Origin: an uncultured Oscillospiraceae bacterium
GTDB taxonomy: Bacteria > Bacillota > Clostridia > Christensenellales > CAG-138
Direction of reading: 5' to 3'
Length of the DNA stretch: 64,000 nucleotides
Assembly: GCA_964571055.1 (NCBI GenBank)
Contig: CAZNAL010000002.1
Location: 1,503 to 65,502 of the forward strand
The notes beneath the pieces are model-generated. The model was not told the origin of the DNA. It worked only from the letters and a program-made list of their open reading frames with translations, and did no database searches. A program made the position numbers and the translations under genes. Below, one piece after another: positions 29,380-38,219 of this stretch. Every line of letters starts with the position of its first letter. Within the stretch, counting starts at the first letter, position 1.

Positions 29380-29538
29380 ATGGGAAAGATGGTCATGAAG
29401 GTCGTAACGGTGTGCACGGTATATACGCTGCTGGAGTTTCTGCTGCCAAGCGGCTCCGTCGGGAAAAGCGCGATGGTCAGCCTTCGCATGACGGCGCTGT
29501 TGTGTATGGCGGGCATTGTGAGCGAATGGATGGGATGA
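29380..29538 (+). CDS. spoIIIAF: stage III sporulation protein AF, short form (52 aa, N-terminal membrane segment only)
   Basis: Not in the ORF track (<60 aa). MGKMVMKVVTVCTVYTLLEFLLPSGSVGKSAMVSLRMTALLCMAGIVSEWMG. The LLPSxS..K.A.MV.SL core aligns with the first ~50 residues of B. subtilis SpoIIIAF as I recall it. Its stop overlaps the AG start (ATGA). Confidence 0.65.
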   Translation: MGKMVMKVVTVCTVYTLLEFLLPSGSVGKSAMVSLRMTALLCMAGIVSEWMG

Positions 29539-29954
29539 GTATGCGGGAGAAGGAAACAGAGGGTATATGCCAAAGGCTGCTCGCGCGCATGCGGACGGAT
29601 AAGAGATTTGAGGCGACGGTGTACCTTGTACTGCTGTTGCTTGCCGCCGTCGCGTATACCTTGACGATCAAAGCGCCTGCGGCTCGAATGGACAGCGCGG
29701 CTGCAAGCAGGGAGGACGCGGTCGCTTTACAGTTGGAGGAAGCGTTAAGCAGCATGCAAGGCGTGGGCGAGGCAAAGGTGATGATCACGCGTGAGGAAAA
29801 GGACGATACGGTACGCGGCGTGATCGTGATCGCGCAGGGCACGGAGGATTTTGCGGTGAAGCTGCGCATACAGAACGCCGTTTGTACGGTGTTGGACGTT
29901 GGAAATGATCGTGTAGAGGTTTTTGAGATGCGGGAAAACAAGAAGGAGGAGTAA
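29535..29954 (+). CDS. spoIIIAG: stage III sporulation protein AG (short, 139 aa)
   Basis: MSMREKE...TM VYLVLLLLAAVAYTL...; LEEALSSMQGVGEAKVMIT and RGVIVIAQGTEDFAVKLRIQNAVCTVLDVGNDRVEVFEM match the SpoIIIAG ring-building motif halves. The track ORF start at 29217 is an extension inside spoIIIAE. Confidence 0.85.
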   Translation: MSMREKETEGICQRLLARMRTDKRFEATVYLVLLLLAAVAYTLTIKAPAARMDSAAASREDAVALQLEEALSSMQGVGEAKVMITREEKDDTVRGVIVIAQGTEDFAVKLRIQNAVCTVLDVGNDRVEVFEMRENKKEE

Positions 29955-29958
29955 GGGT

Positions 29959-30474
29959 ATGCTTCGGAAGTATGGCGTTTTGCTGGTGGTAGGCGTTTTG
30001 CTGGTGGGGTCGATCTGCTTGAAGATGACGGAGAAGGAAACGGCGTCGGTTGACGAAGGGGAGAGCGCCGCGCCCGTAGAAGAAGCCGTGCGCATGGATG
30101 AGGAAACGGCGCCCGCGGATTACTTTGCTGCCTTTCGCGACGAACGCGAGAGCGTGCGGGATCGCGAGATGCAGTATTTGGACGAGGTGATCGCCACAAC
30201 GGGCATTGACGCTGAAACGCTGGATGCGGCGGTGGAGCAGAAGCTGGCGCTGGTAGAGAACATGGAAGCGGAGTTCACCATCGAGCAGATGATCGGCGCA
30301 AAGGGCTTTTCGGATGCGGCCGTGACGTTTCATAACGGCGCCGTCAACGTGATCGTGGACGCGGAGAGCCTGAACGAAGCGCAGGTGGCGCAGATATTGG
30401 ACATCGTGCGGCGGGAGACCGGGGCGGAAGCGCAAAACGTAAAGGTCACCACCGGAAAACAAACTGAAAGATAG
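29959..30474 (+). CDS. spoIIIAH: stage III sporulation protein AH
   Basis: AAGGAGGAG RBS. TM MLRKYGVLLVVGVLLVGSI; FAAFRDERESVRDREMQYL; C-terminal AVTFHNGAVNVIVDAESLNEAQVAQILDIV. Confidence 0.9.
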   Translation: MLRKYGVLLVVGVLLVGSICLKMTEKETASVDEGESAAPVEEAVRMDEETAPADYFAAFRDERESVRDREMQYLDEVIATTGIDAETLDAAVEQKLALVENMEAEFTIEQMIGAKGFSDAAVTFHNGAVNVIVDAESLNEAQVAQILDIVRRETGAEAQNVKVTTGKQTER

Positions 30475-30513
30475 CGCAAATATGAAATTTCCGTAAGTAA
30501 AATGAAGCCAATC

Positions 30514-30542
30514 TATACAGAACTCTGCGATTCTGCTATAAT
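30514..30542 (+). promoter_or_regulatory. promoter candidate for the asp23 operon (TATACA-17-TGcTATAAT)
   Basis: tataca gaactctgcgattctgc tataat, with a TGn extended -10. Confidence 0.45.
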
Positions 30543-30570
30543 AGTGGAAATTGAATGAGGAGGTACGGTT

Positions 30571-30984
30571 ATGGAAAAAGACATCAGCACGGATATTACC
30601 ACCAATGAAGGTGGCAAGGTTATCTTTGCCAACGATGTTATTGCGACCATCGCCAACTTGGCTACCATGGAGATAGAAGGCGTTATGGGTCTTACCGGCG
30701 GCGTGATGGAAGAACTGACCGGAAAACTCGGCAAGAAGAATTATACCAAGGGCGTGAAGGTCGAAGTGAACGACGATACCGTCGTTACGGATATGACCAT
30801 CGTCGTCAAATACGGCTGCAAGATACAGGACGTGTGCCGCTTGATCCAGCAAAACGTCAAAAAGGCAATCGAAACGATGACGGGCTTGAGCGTGGCGCAG
30901 GTCAATATTTTCGTGCAATCCATCGCGTTTGATAAGGCGGTGAAGCCGGTTGCGGAAGAAATAGAAAAGGCGCCGGAAGAATAA
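30571..30984 (+). CDS. Asp23/Gls24 family envelope stress response protein
   Basis: KVIFANDVIATIANLATMEIEGVMGL...VKVEVNDDTVVTDMTIVVKYG. GAGGAGG RBS. Confidence 0.9.
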   Translation: MEKDISTDITTNEGGKVIFANDVIATIANLATMEIEGVMGLTGGVMEELTGKLGKKNYTKGVKVEVNDDTVVTDMTIVVKYGCKIQDVCRLIQQNVKKAIETMTGLSVAQVNIFVQSIAFDKAVKPVAEEIEKAPEE

Positions 30985-30998
30985 CGGGAGCGCGATTT

Positions 30999-31556
30999 AT
31001 GAAAGCATATTCCCTGCGGGACAAGCTGCTGCTTCTTTTACTGGCTTTGCTTTTAGCGTGCGCCGGTGTTTGGGCTGTTTGCTTGGCCGTGGGCGTTACC
31101 GGGACGGCGGACGCGGTGCGCTTGCTAAGCGTTGGTGAACAGAGCGTTTGGGGCGCGATACTTCTCGGCGCGACCGGCGTGCTGCTAGCCGTCGCGGCCT
31201 TATGGGTCATTTGGGCTTTCCTGATTCGGCGTAGCACAGAAAAAACGCCCGTCTCCATCACGATACGCAAGGGCGAAAACGGCAGCCTCCAGATCAGCGC
31301 CCCCGCGCTGGATACCATGATCAAGCAATACTGCAAGAGCAACACCGCGATTTTAAGCTGTGAAACGGAAGCCATACCTAAGGAGACAGGGGCGATGCTG
31401 CGTTTGCATACGGCGCTGTCGCCGGACGCGGATATACCTACGGCTATCGCTGAACTCGGGGACGGATTGCGCGCATACTTGGAAAAGGCGTGCGGGCTGA
31501 CGGTATCGGGCGTAGATGTGGTGATCGTGCCGCCAAACGAACAAAAAAACGGATAA
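30999..31556 (+). CDS. amaP: alkaline shock response membrane anchor protein AmaP-like
   Basis: 185 aa with two N-terminal TM helices. Positioned directly after asp23 and before a DUF2273 gene, which is the conserved operon layout. Confidence 0.65.
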   Translation: MKAYSLRDKLLLLLLALLLACAGVWAVCLAVGVTGTADAVRLLSVGEQSVWGAILLGATGVLLAVAALWVIWAFLIRRSTEKTPVSITIRKGENGSLQISAPALDTMIKQYCKSNTAILSCETEAIPKETGAMLRLHTALSPDADIPTAIAELGDGLRAYLEKACGLTVSGVDVVIVPPNEQKNG

Positions 31557-31566
31557 GAGGGATAGA

Positions 31567-31782
31567 ATGGACGAGTTCAGAGCGTTTCTTCAACAGTATA
31601 AATGGCGCATCATTGCCGTATGTGTGGGCGTTGTGTTGTCCATCCTGTTTTTCACCATCGGCTTTTGGCGCACCCTGCTGTTGGTTGTGATCGTAGCGGT
31701 ATGCTACTTTATCGGCCTTCTGATGGACGTTGGCGCGAGGGGACGCGTGAAGGATGCGTTCGATACGCTTTTTAAGAAGTAA
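31567..31782 (+). CDS. DUF2273 small integral membrane protein
   Basis: 71 aa. ...KWRIIAVCVGVVLSILFFTIGFWRTLLLVVIVAVCYFIG. Third gene of the asp23 operon. Confidence 0.75.
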   Translation: MDEFRAFLQQYKWRIIAVCVGVVLSILFFTIGFWRTLLLVVIVAVCYFIGLLMDVGARGRVKDAFDTLFKK

Positions 31783-31806
31783 CGGGAACGGGGATAACAA
31801 AAGGGC

Positions 31807-32214
31807 ATGAGCAGAAAAGTAGCCAGAGAAGTCGCCATGAAGCTAGTGTTTGCCAAGCTTGCCGGAGGCGAGGATACCTATGAGGCGGTGCTGGAGAAAT
31901 CCGGCATCGAGGGCGTACCCGCCGCGGAGGATGTGGCATACGCGGACGAGATTCTCGCGGGGATCGAGGCGCACGCGGAGGAGATCGATGCGCTGATAGA
32001 CGATATTGCGATCGGCTGGAAGATCGAGCGCATGCCACGGGTGGATCTTTCCATCATGCGGATCGCCGTTTACGAAATGCAGCATAGGGACGACATACCA
32101 TGCAGCGTATCCATCAACGAAGCAGTGGAGCTTGCCAAGGAATTCGGCGGGGAAAAATCCTCGGCTTATGTCAACGGCATGCTGGGTACGCTCGCAAAAC
32201 GGATGGAGGCTTAA
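31807..32214 (+). CDS. nusB: transcription antitermination factor NusB
   Basis: MSRKVAREVAMKLVFA...; RMPRVDLSIMRIAVYEM; INEAVELAKEFG...VNGMLG. Confidence 0.95.
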   Translation: MSRKVAREVAMKLVFAKLAGGEDTYEAVLEKSGIEGVPAAEDVAYADEILAGIEAHAEEIDALIDDIAIGWKIERMPRVDLSIMRIAVYEMQHRDDIPCSVSINEAVELAKEFGGEKSSAYVNGMLGTLAKRMEA

Positions 32215-32241
32215 CCTTTTACATCTTTGCTATTGGGGAAC

Positions 32242-32266
32242 GCCGACCCTTTGGGACGGCTTTCTT
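32242..32266 (+). terminator. possible weak terminator after nusB
   Basis: GCCGACCC ttt GGGACGGC (one A/A mismatch) followed by TTTCTT. Confidence 0.3.
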
Positions 32267-32293
32267 GCTATAAAATGCGGCGTATGCTAATAT
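32265..32293 (+). promoter_or_regulatory. promoter candidate for xseA-xseB-ispA-dxs (TTGCTA-17-TAATAT)
   Basis: ttgcta taaaatgcggcgtatgc taatat. Confidence 0.35.
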
Positions 32294-32339
32294 GATGTTG
32301 GATTTTTCATACGGCGTTGCATGAGAAACGGCGGACGGT

Positions 32340-33554
32340 ATGGCGGAAAACGGGTATGTACTGCGCGTATCGCAGTTGAACGAATATGTAAACGGCATGC
32401 TGCAGCGGGAGATCCTGCTGCAGCATATCGGCGTACGCGGCGAGATCAGTGGCGTGAAGTATCACGCGTCGGGGCACGTTTATTTTTCCCTCAAGGACGA
32501 AGCCGCTCTGCTGCGCTGCGTGATGTTCAAAACGTATGCCGCAAGGCTGACGGGCAAACTGCAAGACGGCATGCAGATCATAGCCTACGGAAGCGTTTCG
32601 CTTTTTGTGCGCGACGGCCAGTTCCAGCTTTATGTGGAGGATGTGCAGTCGCAGGGCGAGGGCGAGCTGTACCGGCGCTTTTTGCTTATGAAAACGCGCT
32701 TGGAATCACAAGGGCTTTTCGACGCGGCGCATAAGCGCCCGCTGCCCTTTTTACCAAGGCGTATCGGGGTCGTTACGTCGCGCAGCGGCGCGGTGATTCA
32801 CGATATTGTAAACGTTGCAAACAGAAGGTTTCCTTCTATGCCGATCCTTCTTTATCCTGTGCAGGTGCAGGGGCCGGGGGCTGCGGAGGAGATCGCCGCG
32901 GGCATACGGTATATGAATGAGCACCGCTTGGCAGACGTGCTGATTGTCGGCCGGGGCGGCGGCAGTATGGAGGATCTTTGGGCCTTCAACGAGGAGATTG
33001 TAGCGCGTGCGATTTATGAAAGCGCGATCCCCGTGGTGAGCGCCGTCGGGCATGAAACGGACGTGTCTATCGCGGATTATGTCGCGGATCAACGCGCGCC
33101 TACCCCGTCGGCGGCCGCCGAGCTGTGCGTACCGGTGTACGACGAATTATACGCAAGGACGTTGGACTGCACGGCGCGTACACGGCGCTCCATGGAGAGG
33201 GCGTTACAGAAGGAGAAGGACAAGCTGTTTAGCCTGCTGAACGCGGCGGGTATGGCTGCACCGAAGCATCGGCTTTTCAAGCTGAAAGAGGCGGCGCGCT
33301 ATCAAACGGATATACTCAAGCGCACGGCAAAGGAGCAGATCATAGGCAGGTCGTCCATGCTGGATGCGCTTGCGGGACGGCTGGAGGCGCTATCGCCCCG
33401 GCGCGTGCTCTCAAGCGGGTATGTGCTCGTCAAAGGGGAAAAAGGCTACATCGCCACCGCGCGGGAGATTGTTCAGGGCCAAAGCGTGGAGCTTATCTGG
33501 GCGGACGGCACGGCAAGGGCCGCGATCACGGAAACAGGGGGAGAGCTGATATGA
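32340..33554 (+). CDS. xseA: exodeoxyribonuclease VII large subunit
   Basis: VSQLNEYVNGML...; OB fold GEISGVKYHASGHVYFSLKD; IGVVTSRSGAVIHDI; GRGGGSMEDLWAFN. Confidence 0.95.
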   Translation: MAENGYVLRVSQLNEYVNGMLQREILLQHIGVRGEISGVKYHASGHVYFSLKDEAALLRCVMFKTYAARLTGKLQDGMQIIAYGSVSLFVRDGQFQLYVEDVQSQGEGELYRRFLLMKTRLESQGLFDAAHKRPLPFLPRRIGVVTSRSGAVIHDIVNVANRRFPSMPILLYPVQVQGPGAAEEIAAGIRYMNEHRLADVLIVGRGGGSMEDLWAFNEEIVARAIYESAIPVVSAVGHETDVSIADYVADQRAPTPSAAAELCVPVYDELYARTLDCTARTRRSMERALQKEKDKLFSLLNAAGMAAPKHRLFKLKEAARYQTDILKRTAKEQIIGRSSMLDALAGRLEALSPRRVLSSGYVLVKGEKGYIATAREIVQGQSVELIWADGTARAAITETGGELI

Positions 33555-33757
33555 AGGCGATCAAGAAGGATATGAAATATGAGGAAGCCATCAAGGAGAT
33601 GGAGCAGATCGTGGAGACGCTTTCCTCCGGCAATATCTCCTTGGACGCGATGATGGAGCTATATGAACGGGGATTGGCGTTGTCCAAGCATTGCCAGAGC
33701 ATATTGGAGTCGTATGAGGCAAAGCTGGAGGTCGTGGAGACGGGAGAAGGCGAATGA
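33551..33757 (+). CDS. xseB: exodeoxyribonuclease VII small subunit
   Basis: 68 aa. YEEAIKEMEQIVETLSSGNISLDAMMELYERGLALSKHC. ATGA overlap. Confidence 0.92.
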   Translation: MKAIKKDMKYEEAIKEMEQIVETLSSGNISLDAMMELYERGLALSKHCQSILESYEAKLEVVETGEGE

Positions 33758-34635
33758 GCGCGGAAGCATGCTGGAGCGCGTTGATCGAACAGCGCCTTGC
33801 GGCGTATCTAGCCGATGCGCGCATACCGCTGCAATTGGCGGAGGCTATGGCGTACAGCGTGACGGCGGGCGGAAAACGATTGCGCCCGCGCATGCTGCTT
33901 GCCGCCTGTGATATGCTGTGCGGGGAGGTGGAGCGGGCGCTGCCGCTTGCCTGCGCCGTGGAGATGATCCACACCTACTCGCTGATCCATGACGATCTGC
34001 CCTGTATGGATAACGACGATTTTCGGCGCGGCAAGCCTACCAACCATAAGGTGTACGGCGAGGGCTTTGCGGTGCTGGCGGGCGACGGTCTGCTATCCTA
34101 TGCGGTGGAAATCATGCTCTCCGCCGCTCTTTGCGATGCCGTAGATAAGTTGGCTTATCTGCGCGCCGCGGACGTGATTGTAAAGGGCGCCGGAGTGCAC
34201 GGGATGGTAGCGGGACAGGCTTGCGATCTGATGAACGAAAAGCAGCCGTCCTCCGATGAAAAAACGCTTCGATATATCCATGAAAACAAGACGGGCGCTA
34301 TGCTTAAGGCCGCCGTTTGCGCAGGCGGTTATCTTGCAAACGGAACGGAAGCCGATATAAGGGCATTGGACGCCTTTGGCGCGGCCTACGGGTTGCTTTT
34401 TCAAATCACGGATGATATTTTGGATGTGGAAGGCGACTTTGCGCGCATGGGAAAGACGATCGGCAAGGACGCCGGTACGGACAAGCTGACGTATGTGCGC
34501 TTATTCGGCTTGGAAACGGCGCGGCGAAAGGCGGAAGCGGCGGCGCGGGAAGCCCATGCCGCGTTGAAAACCTTCGGCGAACGGGCGGACTTCTTCCATG
34601 CGCTGATCGACGAGACGCTAGCGCGCAAATCATAA
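33754..34635 (+). CDS. ispA: (2E,6E)-farnesyl diphosphate synthase / polyprenyl synthetase
   Basis: First and second Asp-rich motifs: IHTYSLIHDDLPCMDNDDFRRGKPTNH and FQITDDILD. Confidence 0.92.
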   Translation: MSAEACWSALIEQRLAAYLADARIPLQLAEAMAYSVTAGGKRLRPRMLLAACDMLCGEVERALPLACAVEMIHTYSLIHDDLPCMDNDDFRRGKPTNHKVYGEGFAVLAGDGLLSYAVEIMLSAALCDAVDKLAYLRAADVIVKGAGVHGMVAGQACDLMNEKQPSSDEKTLRYIHENKTGAMLKAAVCAGGYLANGTEADIRALDAFGAAYGLLFQITDDILDVEGDFARMGKTIGKDAGTDKLTYVRLFGLETARRKAEAAAREAHAALKTFGERADFFHALIDETLARKS

Positions 34636-34653
34636 TAAAGGACAAACGGTGCT

Positions 34654-36498
34654 TTGACGGATACGATCTTAGAAAAAATCAACGAACCTGCGGATATAAA
34701 AAAGCTGTCCATGGACGAGCTTATGCTGCTTGCGGCGCAGATCAGGGAGACGCTGGTGGAGACCGTTTCGAAAAACGGCGGGCACTTGGCGTCCAACCTT
34801 GGCGTGGTGGAGCTTACGATCGCATTGCATCGCGTGTTTGACTGTCCGACGGATAAAATCGTGTTCGACGTGGGGCATCAGGCATATGTGCACAAGCTTT
34901 TGACCGCGCGGCGCGAAGCCTTTTCAACGATACGGACGGAGGACGGGCTAAGCGGCTTCCCCAAACGGACCGAATCCGCATATGACGCCTTTGAAACGGG
35001 GCATTCAAGCACCTCCATTTCAGCGGCGCTTGGCATATTGCGCGCGTCAAGGCTGCAGGGGAGCGACGAGCACGTGGTCGCGGTGATAGGCGACGGGGCG
35101 CTTACGGGCGGCATGGCGTTTGAGGCGCTCAACGACGCGGGGGACGCCAAGCTGCCCTTGATCGTCATATTCAACGACAACAACATGTCGATCTCCCCCA
35201 ACGTGGGCGCTTTGAGCAACAGCCTTAGAAAGGCGCGCCGAAGCAGGGGATACCAGCGCTTCAAGCAGAAGACGGAAGCCTTTTTGGAGCGGCGCGCGAG
35301 CTGGGGCGAAAAAACAAAGATGCGTCTTCGGACGCTTCGCAACAGGATCAAGTTTTTCCTGCTGCCAGACAACGCGTATTTTGAGAATTTCGGCTTCAAA
35401 TATTGGGGGCCCGTGGACGGGCACGATATAGAGCAGCTTTGTCAGGTGCTGCAGCGTGCAAAGGAGCTGCGGCATCCCGTGATCGTGCATGTTTTGACGC
35501 ACAAGGGCCGCGGCTACAAGCCCGCTGAGGAGCATCCCGACGTTTTTCACGGCGTAGGGAAATTCGATCCGCACACCGGCGCTTTGCTGCATGCGAATGC
35601 AAGGGACAATTCCGCTGTGGCGGGGGAAACGCTGTGCGAAGCGGCGGCGCTTGATAAGAACATTGCCGTGGTGTGTGCGGCTATGCCCATGGGGACGGGG
35701 ATGACGCGGTTTGCACAACTCTATTCCGAACGCTTTTTCGACGTGGGTATCGCCGAACAGCACGCCGTTACGATGGCGGCGGGGCTTGCTATACGTGGCA
35801 TGCGCCCGGTGGTCGCGATTTATTCCACCTTTTTACAAAGAGCCTACGACCAGATTTTGCACGACGTTTGCCTGCAAAAGCTGCCCGTTGTATTCTGCGC
35901 CGACCGCGCGGGGCTTGTGGGCGAGGACGGGCAAACGCATCAGGGCGTTTATGATATTGCGTATTTCCTGTCCATGCCGCACATACAGATATGGTCGCCC
36001 TCCACGCAAGCGGAGCTTGCGGCCATGCTGCAAACGGCGCTGCATGAAACAACGCCTGTCGCCGTGCGGTATCCGCGCGGCTGCCTGCCGGCGGGCGAGG
36101 AAGAGAGCCAACCCTTCGTGCCGGGGCGCTGGCGGGAGCTTATGCCGCTAAGAAGCGTATGCGTTGTCGCGAGCGGCCGCATGCTTGAAAACGCGCGGAC
36201 TGCATGCCAATCGCTTAACGTAGGCTTGGTGGAAGCCAATACGATACGCCCCTTGGACGACGAGATGCTAGATAAGCTCCGTGCGGACTGCAAATACATG
36301 ATTTCGGTGGAGGACGGGCTTGCCTCCCAAGGACTTGGCATGCTCCTTACGGAAGCGCTGCCGGGCGTAAAGGTCTTGCGGCTTGGCGTGCCGGAGACGC
36401 CGGTACCGCACGCCGCAGTCGCGAGACAGGACGCTATGTGCGGTATGACGTCGCAGGATATTCGAAGCGCCATCTTGAATTGCGGAGGCGGCATATGA
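34654..36498 (+). CDS. dxs: 1-deoxy-D-xylulose-5-phosphate synthase
   Basis: TTG start. LEKINEPADIKKLSMDEL; GGHLASNLGVVELTIALH; GHSSTSISAALG; GDGALTGGMAFEALN. Confidence 0.95.
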   Translation: MTDTILEKINEPADIKKLSMDELMLLAAQIRETLVETVSKNGGHLASNLGVVELTIALHRVFDCPTDKIVFDVGHQAYVHKLLTARREAFSTIRTEDGLSGFPKRTESAYDAFETGHSSTSISAALGILRASRLQGSDEHVVAVIGDGALTGGMAFEALNDAGDAKLPLIVIFNDNNMSISPNVGALSNSLRKARRSRGYQRFKQKTEAFLERRASWGEKTKMRLRTLRNRIKFFLLPDNAYFENFGFKYWGPVDGHDIEQLCQVLQRAKELRHPVIVHVLTHKGRGYKPAEEHPDVFHGVGKFDPHTGALLHANARDNSAVAGETLCEAAALDKNIAVVCAAMPMGTGMTRFAQLYSERFFDVGIAEQHAVTMAAGLAIRGMRPVVAIYSTFLQRAYDQILHDVCLQKLPVVFCADRAGLVGEDGQTHQGVYDIAYFLSMPHIQIWSPSTQAELAAMLQTALHETTPVAVRYPRGCLPAGEEESQPFVPGRWRELMPLRSVCVVASGRMLENARTACQSLNVGLVEANTIRPLDDEMLDKLRADCKYMISVEDGLASQGLGMLLTEALPGVKVLRLGVPETPVPHAAVARQDAMCGMTSQDIRSAILNCGGGI

Positions 36499-37304
36499 AA
36501 GGAACGAGGGCGGATGTGCGGCTTACCGAGCTCGGCATGGCCGAAAGTAGGGAAAAAGCGCGCTCCATGATCATGGAGGGGCTTGTGTATTTGCAGGAGG
36601 TTCGCATAGACAAGCCGGGCGAGGCGGTTCCACCGGATGCGACGCTGATCGTGCGCGGCGATACCAATCCCTTTGTAAGCCGCGGCGGATTGAAGCTGCA
36701 AAAGGCGATGGATAAGTACGGGCTTTCCCTTGACGGCGCTGTGGCCTTGGACGTGGGCGCGTCAACGGGCGGATTTACGGATTGCATGCTCCAGAACGGA
36801 GCAAAACAGGTGTACGCCATCGACGTTGGCTATGGGCAGCTGGATTGGAAGCTGCGAAACGATCCGCGCGTGGTAGTGATGGAAAGAACGAACGCGCGCA
36901 ATCTTTCGCCGGACTGGTTTTCACAAGCGCCGAGTTTTGCGTCCGTGGATGTTTCTTTTATTTCCATACGTTTGATACTGCCGCCGCTTTATGCGTGCCT
37001 TTGCGGCGGCGCGTATGCGGCGGTGCTGGTGAAGCCGCAGTTTGAAGCGGGGAGGGAAAACGTTGGCAAGAACGGCGTGGTGCGGGACGTTCGTGTGCAC
37101 GCGCAGGTGCTAAGCGGCGCGGTGGAATTTGCGAAAACGACCGGCTTTGCCGTGCGGCATATCGATTATTCACCGATCAAAGGGCCGAAGGGCAATATCG
37201 AGTTTTTGCTCATACTACAAAAAAGTGCGGATGAAAACGCATGCGCGGACGTGCCGGAGACGGTAGCGGCGCTTGCGCACGAAGCGTTGGATAAAACGGA
37301 CTAA
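36495..37304 (+). CDS. tlyA: TlyA family rRNA (cytidine-2'-O)-methyltransferase
   Basis: S4 domain RADVRLTELGMAESREKARSMI; FVSRGGLKLQKA; LDVGASTGGFTDCML. ATGA overlap with dxs. Confidence 0.9.
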   Translation: MKGTRADVRLTELGMAESREKARSMIMEGLVYLQEVRIDKPGEAVPPDATLIVRGDTNPFVSRGGLKLQKAMDKYGLSLDGAVALDVGASTGGFTDCMLQNGAKQVYAIDVGYGQLDWKLRNDPRVVVMERTNARNLSPDWFSQAPSFASVDVSFISIRLILPPLYACLCGGAYAAVLVKPQFEAGRENVGKNGVVRDVRVHAQVLSGAVEFAKTTGFAVRHIDYSPIKGPKGNIEFLLILQKSADENACADVPETVAALAHEALDKTD

Positions 37305-37312
37305 AATGGATT

Positions 37313-37353
37313 CGTATGCATATTTATCGAATTATTCTTGAAATATGCATACG
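37313..37353. promoter_or_regulatory. 13-bp perfect inverted repeat (candidate operator) overlapping the nadK-argR-recN promoter region
   Basis: CGTATGCATATTT -15 nt- AAATATGCATACG. The right arm fills the spacer upstream of a TATAAT box at 37357-37362. Confidence 0.4.
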
Positions 37354-37394
37354 AAGTATAATAGAATAAGGGCGCAGGAAGGAGTTGCTTTCCT

Positions 37395-38207
37395 ATGATG
37401 AAACCGTGTTTGGGATTCATGGCGAATCCGGAAAGAGAAGAATTGGTACAGGCCGTGTGCAAGGCGACAAAGCGCGCCGAGCAGCGGGGCTTTTTGTGTG
37501 CCGTAACGGAGGAACTCAAGGGCGTGCTTTCGCTGCCCGATTTTTCCACGGCGAACCCTGATATTTTGTTTGCCTTCGGCGGCGACGGTACGATTTTGCG
37601 CGCGGCGTCCGAAGCCGTGCGCCGCGACATTCCGCTTTGCGGCATCAACCTTGGCCGCGTGGGATTCTTAAGCGACGTAGGGCTCGACGAGTTTGACGAG
37701 GTTTTGGACGCGCTGCTTGCGGGCGCTTATTCGGTCGATCCGTGTATGATGCTCCAATGCGTCGTCAACGATAAGCGAACATATACCTGCATCAACGATG
37801 TGCTTTTGTATAAAGAAAGCTTTTCCGGCGTTGTGAAGGTGAACGTTACCATTGACGATACGGACGCTGGCGATGTATTTTGCGACGGCGTGATCGTCAG
37901 CACCCCGACGGGCGCTACAGGCTATGCTATATCCGCCGGCGGCCCCGTGGTCGCACCGGGACTCGAAGCATCCGTCATTACGCCGATCTGCCCGCATTCG
38001 CTGGCGTTTCGTCCCATCATAACGTCTGCGTCCTCCAAGATACAGCTGCATGTGGACGGGAATACGCATCTTGCGATTGACGGCGTGCATGTATGCGAGG
38101 TGCTGCCGGAGGATACGGTAACGATCATGCGCGGGGAACGCGTGGTGCGGTTTGTACGCGTGCGCAGGCGGAATCTGTACGCGCTCATTCACGATAAGCT
38201 TGCCTAA
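37395..38207 (+). CDS. nadK: NAD(+) kinase
   Basis: ILFAFGGDGTILRAA; GINLGRVGFL; STPTGATGYAISAGGP. Confidence 0.93.
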   Translation: MMKPCLGFMANPEREELVQAVCKATKRAEQRGFLCAVTEELKGVLSLPDFSTANPDILFAFGGDGTILRAASEAVRRDIPLCGINLGRVGFLSDVGLDEFDEVLDALLAGAYSVDPCMMLQCVVNDKRTYTCINDVLLYKESFSGVVKVNVTIDDTDAGDVFCDGVIVSTPTGATGYAISAGGPVVAPGLEASVITPICPHSLAFRPIITSASSKIQLHVDGNTHLAIDGVHVCEVLPEDTVTIMRGERVVRFVRVRRRNLYALIHDKLA

Positions 38208-38219
38208 AGGGAGGTTTGC

